From: Catajapyx aquilonaris
Taxonomy: Eukaryota
Direction: 5' to 3'
NCBI GenBank assembly: GCA_000934665.2
Contig: KZ537984.1
Span: 186,001 to 250,000 of the forward strand
Length of the DNA: 64,000 nucleotides
The first letter of the stretch is position 1. Each line of letters opens with the position of its first letter. A program made the translations under genes and the position numbers. Of the stretch, positions 1 to 11,205 are shown one piece after another. The notes beneath the pieces were generated by a model, which was given only the letters and a program-made list of their open reading frames with translations, ran no database searches and was not told the origin of the DNA.

Positions 1-745
<745 letters not shown>

Positions 746-970
746 TTAGTCTAATGATGTGAGTATTCCAAAGACTGAGTAAAAATTCTTGCAAGCGAAA
801 TATTTAAAATAATTCCTGAATGAGCCGGCTCATAAACTAATATATTAAGAAAAAAGGAATCTGGAAACATGCGACTAGATGTATGAATATTTTTGATGTT
901 AAAAGTGTGTTGTAATTTAGCTACATGGCTTGAATTTCTCTGAAAATTATAATATGCCACAGGTATTGTG

Positions 971-1254
971 AACAAATTAATTGGTGAAAATCACAAGTTG
1001 CACCCTGTAGTGTCAGAAACTAGTTGAATACCCCTGCACTAGTGTGTAGCTGGGACTGATATTCGTTCCAAAAGACCCTGACTTCTGTTTCTTTTTATTT
1101 GGCATACGCCTATTTTGGAAAAATATGTAGCATGTGGGTACTCCCCTCATGCGTCATTGCACCTAGGCGCACATTGTAATGCTTGGCCCTTTTTAGCTTG
1201 TAATTGGAGAATGGCTACAGGGTGCGACCTGTGATTTTCACCAATGAATTTATT
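971..1254. repeat. 40-bp inverted repeat pair (971-1010 / 1215-1254) made of Tc1/mariner-like termini facing outward
   Basis: AACAAATTAATTGGTGAAAATCACAAGTTGCACCCTGTAG versus the reverse complement of 1215-1254, AATAAATTCATTGGTGAAAATCACAGGTCGCACCCTGTAG: 36/40 identical. CACCCTG-TA and TA-CAGGGTG border the spacer. Confidence 0.8.
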
Positions 1255-1322
1255 GAATTTTCCAAATCTGAAGTGCCACATGAAGTGGTTTGAATGCAAA
1301 TAATTTATATTTATATTCTTAG

Positions 1323-1377
1323 ATGTGGTGTTTGAGTCACATGTGTTGGTTACTGCATCCGATGTTTAATGAAAATG
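1323..1377 (+). other. possible non-coding (3' UTR) exon of NAA10
   Basis: T-rich acceptor ttatattcttAG ends at 1322 and donor ATG|GTATGT begins at 1378. An upstream donor GTGAGT sits at 759. Splice signals only, no transcript evidence. Confidence 0.25.
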
Positions 1378-1532
1378 GTATGTGGGATGTTACAATGATG
1401 AGTCTGTCCACATCAGTTTTATTTATAATAATTCGAGAGGTAATTTTTTCCATGAGTCAGCAAAATTTTTTTTTAAAAATCTGTGCTGGTGTGCTGTTAG
1501 CAGGGCTGTTTATGCAGCATCCATGAAATCAA

Positions 1533-1561
1533 ACCCTCTCTGAAATGGTTTCAGGGAGGGT
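1533..1561. repeat. short hairpin/palindrome
   Basis: ACCCTCTCTGAAA-TGG-TTTCAGGGAGGGT: 13-bp arms with one G-T pair. It resembles the AAACCCTCTGAA motif inside the adjacent MITE. Confidence 0.55.
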
Positions 1562-1577
1562 GACGTTTGAAAAGTTA

Positions 1578-1775
1578 GGCCCCATTTCTCGAACAGTGGT
1601 TCAAATGTAAACTCTGTTCAAGTTTAGAGTCTCTGAAAAAAACCCTCTGAACTGGGATTAAACTGGACTTGAAGAGATTTGAACCACTCTTTGAGAAATT
1701 GGGCCTGAACTTGGATTAAACCGGACTTGAACCGGGTTTACATTTGAACCACTGCACTGTTCGAGAAATCGGGCC
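1578..1775. mobile_element. PIF/Harbinger-type (Tourist-like) MITE, 198 bp
   Basis: Left TIR GGCCCCATTTCTCGAACAGTGGTTCAAATGTAAAC versus right TIR (reverse complement) GGCCCGATTTCTCGAACAGTGcagtgGTTCAAATGTAAAC. TTA direct repeat at 1575-1577 and 1776-1778. Internal repeat TGAACTKGGATTAAACYGGACTTGAA occurs twice. Confidence 0.9.
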
Positions 1776-2048
1776 TTAGTGTGCTGCGTAAATTGTTTCT
1801 TGACATTTAAGGGCCAAAACCAGCAATTTTTATCTGTCACTTAATGACACTATCCCGCATGGCAGAAAATATTTTGATTAATTCTATACCCTCTGTTTCC
1901 TGGTAGGTCTCTAATTTTGAATTTTTTAACACAACTTATAGACATGTGATTGGTAGATATCTGCCATATCCACATTATTCATGTTGCCCATGATAATTTT
2001 TGATGGTCTGTGTATTTTTTGTGCACCAAACCAAGTGGCATCTTTCTA

Positions 2049-2365
2049 CTCGTCCTCCTCAGTGCAAGTTTGAAACAGGTGCTGCGCAATTCCCACTCAA
2101 CATATTGACAAATTTCCTGAAGTTATATGTGCCCTGTGACACAGAAACTTCCCCCTTTAAGTAGCATGGCCAAATGCCAGATTTTTAAAATATAGTTTTT
2201 GCTTTTCTGGTGTTCATAAGAGCTCTCTGCTCCTCCCTGGTGCATTTCTGATGAGGCGCCACCATCTTCTGACAGCTATTGTCCAACTTGCACACTAACT
2301 ATTGATAAGTTGTCTGAAGTTAGACATACCCTGCAAGTTTGCAAATGTCCCTGTCAAGCGGCATC
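2049..2365. repeat. degenerate direct repeat (two copies ~180-197 bp apart)
   Basis: TATTGACAAATTTCCTGAAGTTATATGTGCCCTG (2103) versus TATTGATAAGTTGTCTGAAGTTAGACATACCCTG (2300), with weaker similarity on both sides. Probably an old repeat relic. Confidence 0.45.
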
Positions 2366-2908
2366 GAAGACAGTGGGATGCAAGAATTACATGGCTCTTG
2401 GAATCTTTTCACGCTGTATAAAATTTAGTATGAAATTGTGTGCGAGAGTATGACCATTTCTTTTGCATTAGCAATGGTTTTTTTAAAAAAAACATAATAA
2501 AAACATAAGTAATTTTTCTCCGGAATCACAATAGAGGGTGGTGCAAAGGTCTGCACTTCGTCTCAGGCTTTGGTTTCTTTCGATTATTCAGGACTAATTG
2601 AAACAATCACATCAGAGTCTCTTTAAGTTTACAAACTTTACATACGGAGGAAGTAACACTGTGAAAGGTTAAATGATGCCTAAGGTTGACATTTCCCTTC
2701 CATAGCCATCCCAAACTGATAAATGGAGTTGCACATGTGTGAGAAAGAATTTTTGTTGGGGTAGGAATTATTCAAGTATGGACAGTGTGCTGCCATATTT
2801 TATTGCCCAACATTCTCTACGGTCACTCTTTTTAAAGAATCATCCATTTATGATACATGATGACAACAAGCTCTTGATTACCATGTTTGTGAAGGAACCA
2901 GCAACAAA

Positions 2909-3228
2909 GGGGCCGTCCAGACGGGCCAACCTTAGCCGCGGCTGACCGCGGCCCTGGCGTCGGCCCCGGCTTGCGGAGCCACAGCTGGCCACGGTTCCCG
3001 TTCAGACGGGCACATATTTCAATAACAGTCACCCGCATTTGTAATAGTGGCCGGTAGTCATGGCAGCGACGAAAAACAAGTGACGCGCAATATCCGTCGC
3101 CGAGGCCAAGCCGTGGCCAAGCAGCGAGACAACTTCTGAGCCGTGGCGTGGCCGTTGCCGTGTGAACCGTCGCGGCCTCGACCAGCCGCGGCTGGCCGCG
3201 GCTAAGGTTGGCCCGTCTGGACGGCCCC
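2909..3228. mobile_element. GC-rich MITE, 320 bp, probably PIF/Harbinger superfamily
   Basis: Perfect 34-bp TIRs GGGGCCGTCCAGACGGGCCAACCTTAGCCGCGGC, extending imperfectly to ~44 bp. A 3-bp direct repeat AAA lies at 2906-2908 and 3229-3231. GC content contrasts sharply with the flanks. Confidence 0.92.
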
Positions 3229-3308
3229 AAAGCTTTGATTTAAAGGAGCTATTTGTGTAGATGTGACATTTGAAGAATATAATGCATTGTTTCAATTTTT
3301 CGTTCCAG

Positions 3309-3450
3309 CTCAAGCAACATCACTGAACCCTTGAAGACTTCTACATTGAAGGTGCATGCTGGTGAAGATTTCTATTTGACAATTCAACGTCCTTGATTCT
3401 GACTATCCATGCTCGTAATAATTTGTAATAAAAGTTTCTATACTGGAAGT
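3309..3450 (+). other. possible terminal non-coding exon with polyadenylation signal
   Basis: Strong acceptor tttcaatttttcgttccAG ends at 3308 and AATAAA is at 3427-3432. Signals only; the end coordinate is approximate. Confidence 0.22.
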
Positions 3451-3739
3451 GTATCTGCTGTCGTCAGCTCCTCATTTTTACCTTCTACCTAAATGCTCCC
3501 AGTTAAGCTGTGCTTTATAGTATTCATATCAGAAGAATACCCATTACCCAACCAACACAGCTGACGAGGGGATACCGATTTTGCAGACTAATCATGGCGA
3601 CTAAGATACCTAGGTGTCAACGCCGTTTAAGTGTTATTTGTGGAATTTAATAAACCAAATTTTCCAGCACCAGTGAGATCCTATAATAGTAACGAAAACC
3701 TGGCACCAATATTGGTGACATAGTACAGGCAATGGTTAT

Positions 3740-4070
3740 GTACTGATTACCAACCAAAATCATCAGTACTTGTTATCCATGAACATGTCGGTATTATTTC
3801 GGCGTGGAACATGTACCGCAAGCTTGGTACAGCACCTGAGCTGAAACTTGGCATGGGAATGGTGTCTGTAAACACTGTAAACCAATCTGGAATTGGTACC
3901 GGTATTAGTATGTCACCAAGCCAGTACCGATTATTACCGACTGAAATTTCCAGTACTTGTTATACACTTATACTTACGTGTCATTAAAATTTCAGCGTCT
4001 AATATGTATGTACCGCAAACTTGGTGCAGTACCCGAGCATAATCTTGATGGCATATCATTGGTATGGTGC
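3740..4070. repeat. degenerate ~187-bp-period direct repeat with GGTAC-rich internal inverted segments, likely interior of an old DNA-transposon MITE
   Basis: CAGTACTTGTTAT at 3764 and 3951. ATGTACCGCAAGCTTGGTACAGCACCTGAGC versus ATGTACCGCAAACTTGGTGCAGTACCCGAGC. Inverted TTGGTGACATA / TATGTCACCAA nearby. Confidence 0.6.
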
Positions 4071-7000
4071 CCGCCTGCTTCATCACTAACCGGCAGGGAT
4101 GCTACGGAACCATCTTCATCACTACACCGCTACACTGTAAACCACAAAATGTTAAAAGAGCATCACACTCATGGAACATCAATTTTTAACGGTTTTGTAA
4201 TTAGTAGATCATTAGTAGAGGTTATATTATAAGTTACCCACAAAAAGACAAAACAACCACAGATGAGCAGATCTGTTACACTTTACTAGTGTAGGTGACA
4301 CCTTTCAGATTGGTATTAGAGAACCAAGAGGTCTGAGACTAATATTATTTTTAAAATTATTTAATAATTGATCATTGAAATAAAAATAATGCATATAATT
4401 TCCATTTTTTGTGGTACATCATGTCAGCACTCAAAAAAAATATTTGCAGATTTTGGGGGTTTTCAGAATTTTGGATAAATTATTCTCAACCTTTACTCTC
4501 CATAGTTGCAGTCATGGAGGCAACCAAGATCTTATAAATTTTAACTAATAATTTTAATTGCAATTATTTATGACATCTGCATGTTTCCAGGTACCACACA
4601 TGTAATGCCTAAAACATCTCAAAATGTGACATAGTTCGGTACAGTGCTAACTGTTAATTGGTGATGTGCAGTTGACTGCATGAATGTTACAAGGATTGAA
4701 TGCCGGCTATTCAGAGTAAGGATGTGAGTGAAGCTGCAGTCTCATTGTCACTCTGAATCTACTGCAGGCAACCTGTCATGTATGTGATTACTACTACATT
4801 ACAACAGAGAACATGCTCTCTGGACCAATGGAATTATTTAGGAGAGACTAAAAGCTGCATGCTACTACCACAGTCATTTGTTTAAAATTGCACCCCACAG
4901 CTTCTTTTTAATTGCATGTCAAGTTTTACGTGACAGGCACAGTGACCAACCAGAAGTTGAACATGTTCATTAGGTGTAGTCCTGAGCCATTTTTTTTAGT
5001 CCAACACGTATGATTAATTTTGTATTCATCTGGGAAATGTCTATAGGCCATGACTATTTTTGCTGTTCAAGTTCACTGTTCAAAAGTGATAAGGCTCAAG
5101 TATTTCCATGGTCTGTTGCATTTTACCCATTGCAAAACCTCATTTTAAAACCAAGAAAATGTCAGTTCACATTAGGAGTGCCAGATTAACATTATTTAAT
5201 ACGGTCTCGCATTATGAAGTAGTACTGTACTGATGTAATGAAGACATGTCAGTAATCATCAAAGTATTTATTAGGGTTGCTTTTATAGTTATGCAAATTC
5301 TGATAACTTGTGCCATCCACTGGTAAAATTGTTCTGTGGACGTCCTTCTGAAGGCATTTTACAGTCAGGAACTATAATATTATTGTGTTTCTGGTGGCAG
5401 TCAATTCAATGGAAAACACTGAACAGCAATTGCAGCACCTATAAGGTTCTTGGGATAGCCAGGTAGGTTCTTGCAGCCTTTTAATTATTATCCGAGTGGA
5501 TTGAGGGGGATAATGCGCTGTGGAAAATTATGATTCTCATGCAGTATCGCACACTGTAAAACCGCAATAGTACTGTACAATTTGCTGTTGTAGCAACTCA
5601 CCGGAAATTTATATTTCTGTATATCTTGTTCCGTCATATTCGAAGCTGTGTACTACAACACTGTGTGTGGGTGTGTTTTTGGTTTGTGCTTTTACATGTT
5701 GTGCAGGCGGCTCGGCTGTGGGCGTTTTGCAGCATTTTGACCAAAGTGGGTGTAACGCAGGAGTTTTAATTGTTGACCCGAAGCATCCAGCGGATCAGGT
5801 GTACACTGTACGTGACGGTATACTGCAATGCGTTAAAACGTCGCCACGTGCCAGCGGGCAGAATTAATTTAATCTCAAACCACTATATTTGAAGTTAAAC
5901 CGTACTCGAAACTTTTCATTGCCTCTCGATAACTTGCCATCAAGGGGATAAGTTCAGAGAGATAAAGATGTTGGCGTTCCTGAGGATAACTCAAGTTTTC
6001 TTCCTCAAGTTGGCAGAGCTTGAGGTTTCGACGTCACAGCCCTCATCACCATTTGGCCTATCTTTTTTTTTTCCTGCCCCGATCTAGGCGATAAGAGGTA
6101 ATTAGCCTCCTTATGTCTGTAAAGCAGGAATGATAGGTCTGCAGGAGAGGGGGGGGGGGGGAAGAAGACAAGCCGATTGGAGCAGCAGATAAAAGACCAT
6201 TCTCCATACACTCTGGCTGGAGTGAGGTTTGCCAGAGGCTTCCATGTATATGTGCGCTATAGGCCACAGTTGATGCTAGCGATAGAAGTCGTGCAAGTAG
6301 TGCTGAAGACTATCGTTCCTGGCTTTATCTGAGGTTTCAGGCGGTTTGTGGGTTTGGATGAATTGGGGCAGGTTGGGAAAATTTTTGTGGGGATGATGTA
6401 CAGTCATTTCCAGTGGGGTAAGATATAGCATAGACGTGAAGCTCAAAATAACCTCCATTGGAGGCTAATTTCAGCTTCAGGTCTGCTATATCTTTGGAAG
6501 TGAATGTAAAGGAAGAGTCGAATTATTTTTCGAGGGATGGTCTGTGTTGGCGACTTTTGAATGTTTTGGCGGCCGCAATACTGGTAGGAATATAGGCAAT
6601 GACGAGGGGGGGACACAAAGTTATGATTTGTGTAATTTGGCTGTAGTTTCATGGAGTGCTTACGCAAAACTAGCGGGAGTAATGGCTGTGGTTCTGCGCA
6701 TCAAATCCTGCCCGCACGAGGTTATGACAAGTCATTAGCTTTGCCGTTAATGGGACCAGATTAGCAGCACCTCTCGTTTGACGTAAGAAAATCCGGGAAG
6801 GTTGGCCCACTTTTTTTTTGTACAAAATTTTTAAAAAGCTCCGACTGGTGGGATCTAAATAATTTCCATTTTGTGAACACACACCGGCGGTAATAATTCC
6901 CAGCTAGGCGACATAAGAGTTGCTTACGTAATGAAGGGACGAGGTAGAATGGGGCACACATTCCGCAAGAATGTAAATCACTAGGACGAATTCCGCGCTA

Positions 7001-9756
7001 GATTTAAAATTTTAACTGTACCATAAAAAGTGCCATAAAATCTCTTCATGATGTTGTACACGGTAGCGTTAAGCTCTGCAGGCCCGGGCCTGTATTTCAT
7101 ACGAGGATCCCTAATTAGCCACGAATGAGTGCGGCAGCAAGGCCTCATGAGAGCCCCTCACGCTGATAAACCAACATAAGCCTAGTTAACAAAGTGGGGC
7201 GGGGCTATCCAGCCAGAGGAAGGAACAGAGGAAAAAGGACCAACTCTTATACCACATCCTACAGGGTGAGTCAACAGGGTTAGTCAGTATCCCGATGTTT
7301 GGGGGGAGAAAAACCTTTCCGAAAAAATTGGGCACTTTACTTGATGGCCAGGGTGTTGAGAGTACTCATACTAGACACTCCCCATTGTCACGTCGAATGG
7401 GTCATCTGTCACCAATCTTTCAGCACAGTTTTGGGAGAAATTTTCGGGAGTCTGCAGGCATGTTAACTAGCCCCCCACAATTTGACTAAACGGCTCTGCT
7501 GCCATCCTATTATCAAACGCATCTATTTTTTGGGGAGGTTGGCCCACCATCATGGGGACGGGTCTGACTTTACTGCAAATGTGGTGCCACCTCCCCCCCA
7601 GTCGGTACTTTTGCAGGTCCGTTCTCCTTTTCGCGGGCAGCACTTGGGCCGTGATTAAAGCCGCCAACAAGCTGGGCTTTGTGCGTTTCAGAAAACCCTC
7701 CGGCGGCGATTTTCGCCGGCGCCCAGCCCCAGCTCTTGGGATTATGAAGCCCAGATTATGTTGTTACGCGTGAATTCGGCCCACCCCCCGCCAGATATCG
7801 ATTCAAACTCCAGCTCAGGACTTGCATTACATGATGCGACATTATTTTCTTATTGTCATTAGACTAATGGAAGATCTGGGTCACCTTTTATGCCACTATG
7901 ATTGTACGCTCCAATTGCTCCAAGTTTGAACCAAAATCCTTTGATGATGTATAGCCTCAAGTAATTTACTGTAGCTAATTATGGCCTCTAGCTTGCATAG
8001 AATGACATTGGAGACTAAAATTTTAGTGTCACTCGTCGTCACTCCCTGCGGATATGATCGATACCATTCTAAAGCGTGTCACAAGCTGCATTACATTTCT
8101 CAGACGGGGTTTTCCTATAGTGAAGGTGTGATCCGGGCCAAAGCTTTGGACTGAGATTCACGACCCTTTCCGTCTTGTCAAATTTGGTTCCCCCCCCTTC
8201 ATATGGATAGCTTCTTATGCGTGAGGGACCTTTTCACATGGGACCAAACAATAAAAGAGGGGGTCCAGCGTTTGATCTTTCATGCTTAAAGTGAACGAAA
8301 GATAAGTCCTCTCTTTTTTCCCCCTCCTATTTTTTTTCTCCATCCATCCTTTCTCTTCCATTTTTGTCTTCCATCTTCTCTGATATATATATATTTTTTC
8401 CCAAGGTCCAGGGAATAAAATATACAAAGCCTCAGTCTTGATATGGGAACCTATATTGGCTCGTTACCGGTTCAAAGCCACGGGACCGTGCGCATTCAAT
8501 CGCAAGTTGTGAGACAATGATGATGCCCCCAAGGAAAACCAATTTTGCTCCAACTAGGAAATGAATCGTTATTGCACAACCGAAATGGCAAGTCCTTCTA
8601 TTTCTTTCATGCATGCTTCGGAAACTTCCCCACAAATATATATATGAACTTTTTTTTTTTCTTCTTCCTCCCATGTGTTTGCATTGTTGGGTAAATATGG
8701 GATAAGTTATAAATGGCAGGGTAGCTTCATTGTAAAGTTGTGGAGATTCGGAGTGCTTGATAGTGTAATTTTGTGCCGCATTGGGGCCTAATTTTTTACT
8801 GGACGTAAAATTTGATGTCGGCGACCAAGTTGAGTCATAATTGGCCCCCAGGAGCCGTCACGTCCAGGATGGTCCCTGGGAGACAACTACATGGATGTAC
8901 AGAGGTCCTCATCCTCCCAAAAACCAACCCCCCCCCCCCTTCGCTTCTTTACTCGCATTTGCATGCGTTGCCAATAATTGATTACGAAGGACTACTCATT
9001 AGCCATTATTTAACCTCATCCGCGCGGGAGAACTAGGCGCATTACTCGCTCATGTTAGCTGCACAGCTAATTTCCCATCCAGATCACAAATTCAGTGCAC
9101 ATTCATGCTAATGAGGAAGAATACTTTTTAAACACTCTCTTAATTGACTATTTATTTCAGGAAGCCCGGTTTTACATTCTGAAACGGTTTGCCTGGGGGT
9201 TGGCACGTGTGTTGAACGCACATTCCCGTATAGTGTGCTGTCATTTGCAAATTGATTGGGGGGAGGCAGATTTGATATGTACAGAGCAGTGTACAGTGTA
9301 GCAGTCTCGCTGTTTGTAACCCAAGTTTTCTTCTATGTACAATGATGGGAGGAATGGCCTACATGTAGGTATAGACTGAATCTGTAGCATAAATTTTTAG
9401 AACATAATTATGCACATGTTGCTAGGGAGTCAATATATGAAGATTCTTACAATGCCCTGGCAATTTGCATATCGTTATCCAAGAGAAAAGTGGTCTTTAC
9501 ACACATTCCCATCTTATCACACATTCTGTAGCCTATATTATATTTTGGACGAAGGAATGGAACCTGTTGACTCCATCGAACCATCCCCCCTGAATTTTTA
9601 TGTCAAAAAAATACCTGCACACTGCATAAATCAAGCGGTTCAAGAGATTCCGATCATCCTTTTGAACCTGATGAACTGAGCTCCTTTTCTGTACATTCAC
9701 CACCGCAATGGAGAGGGTCTGGATTAGTTAAATTAAATAAGACTGATCCATACTTG

Positions 9757-9836
9757 TCGTGGCGCATGAAGTATAGCTGCTCCCTTGATTAAAACTTGAT
9801 AAGCCTTAAGAAACAAAGACGTGGGTTCGAGTCTGG
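9757..9836 (+). mobile_element. degenerate tRNA-derived SINE head (Pol III A/B box-like)
   Basis: TCGTGGC-N10-TAGCTGCTC (A-box-like) followed by GGTTCGAGTC (B-box-like, 9824-9833). The same A-box-like pattern and spacing recurs at 55486. No full cloverleaf seen. Confidence 0.4.
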
Positions 9837-11164
9837 CAATCGTGACATTCGCTAACGATCAGGAATGAACTCACAAAGTAACCCTAATCGCATTTTGGTG
9901 TCTTGATCACGATCTTACTTTGCCGACATGTTTTCCAGATTATGACAGTCTTGTTAGCTTGAGACATATGCTGGAAAGTCGTTGCTCGAACGAGTGCATC
10001 TCTTACGAGGATAGATCTATTCATCAGCTCAGAGAAAGGACTCGCGCGAGAGGACCTTCCAATTAATTAGAGTACCCCCCCCCCCCCTCCTTCCCCCACC
10101 TCACTTCCGCCCGCATAAACACGCTATTGGCAGAGTTTTATGCCCCTTAATTTGCTCAGCGAGTATCGCCCTGAAAAGGGGTGACGTGCATCTCTTTTAC
10201 GCGGGGGGGCTGGGTTGGAAAGGTCAGCCGAGTGTGTATGAGGGAGGGATATATTCGCGATATATACGCACGGAATGGCCTGCTAGCAGCATATAATGGG
10301 GCTGAGTTCCTGATAAACTCCGCAATTTTACCCATGAAAGGAGCGCCAGGGAAATAAGTTAGTGACTCATCATCATCTCTCTCTCGGAGATATGAGTAAT
10401 TGAAGTACGGTGTATTGCTTCTTATTAAAGTTCGTGGCAGGGTGTGCTCTAATTGCGGTGATTACGTTCGTAGCGGAAAGAATTGCTGGTTACTTTTTGC
10501 CTAATTAGGTTACTCAGGTTTTCAGAGGTATTTTAGAAGCGCAATTATACAGCAGCGCAATTATTGATAAACCTCTCTGATTCTGTTGCACAGCAGGCAA
10601 CAATGTTATCAACAACGAATAAAAACATTTTTGGCAAGCAGCACAATTGAGTGATTTAAAAACCACAACTGAATATTACAATTTCATCAACACAGCACTA
10701 ACAAAGATATTTTACAAGCCTTTTTGACTCTTAATAAAATGTTGGGTACTACCGTAAAATCCATGTGGCATAGGATTAAAATTAGATGAGAGTAGCGATG
10801 CAAAATGCCGTGGACTTGATTTACAAAATTACGTAGCTTTTGCTCAACCAGACTGTTTATAATGACTTTACCTGCATGATGTATGTGACGGTCTCTTTCA
10901 CCGAAAATTGGGGGATTTTTTTTTTGGGGGGGGGCCTTCACCACCCTCACTTCATGTGAATCTCATTTTGCAAGTTTATGGCCAACGTTGTATAATGAAG
11001 TTATTGGCTGATTTTATTAGTGCTGGGAAAAGGGTGGATGTGGAAAATGGACCTTGGTTTTCAATATACTTGTAAAGCCAACTAGAACGGTAAGTTTCAA
11101 CCCTTGATTATTCGTTACCAATTTATTGTTGGTTTCATTTATGGTGCATGGGAGCTGGATGCTA

Positions 11165-11205
11165 CAAGGTGGTTCAGATAAATCATGTCATGTTGAAACA
11201 CCCTG
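11165..11205. mobile_element. 41-bp Tc1/mariner-type MITE relic
   Basis: TA-CAAGGTGGTTCA...TGAAACACCCTG-TA: 12-bp TIRs with 2 mismatches and TA on both sides. Confidence 0.5.

Noticed and set aside
2832..3313. Arg/Ala-rich ORFs of 132 and 94 aa
   Set aside because: They are by-products of the GC-rich palindromic MITE and show no transposase motifs.
4440..4485. Phased T-tracts suggestive of periodic An/Tn clusters
   Set aside because: Only 4-5 tracts with ~9-nt spacing, too short to support.
8122..8170. Imperfect hairpin centred on CCAAAGCTTTGG as a pre-miRNA
   Set aside because: The stem is short and bulged, has no real loop and has no convincing match to a miRNA I know.
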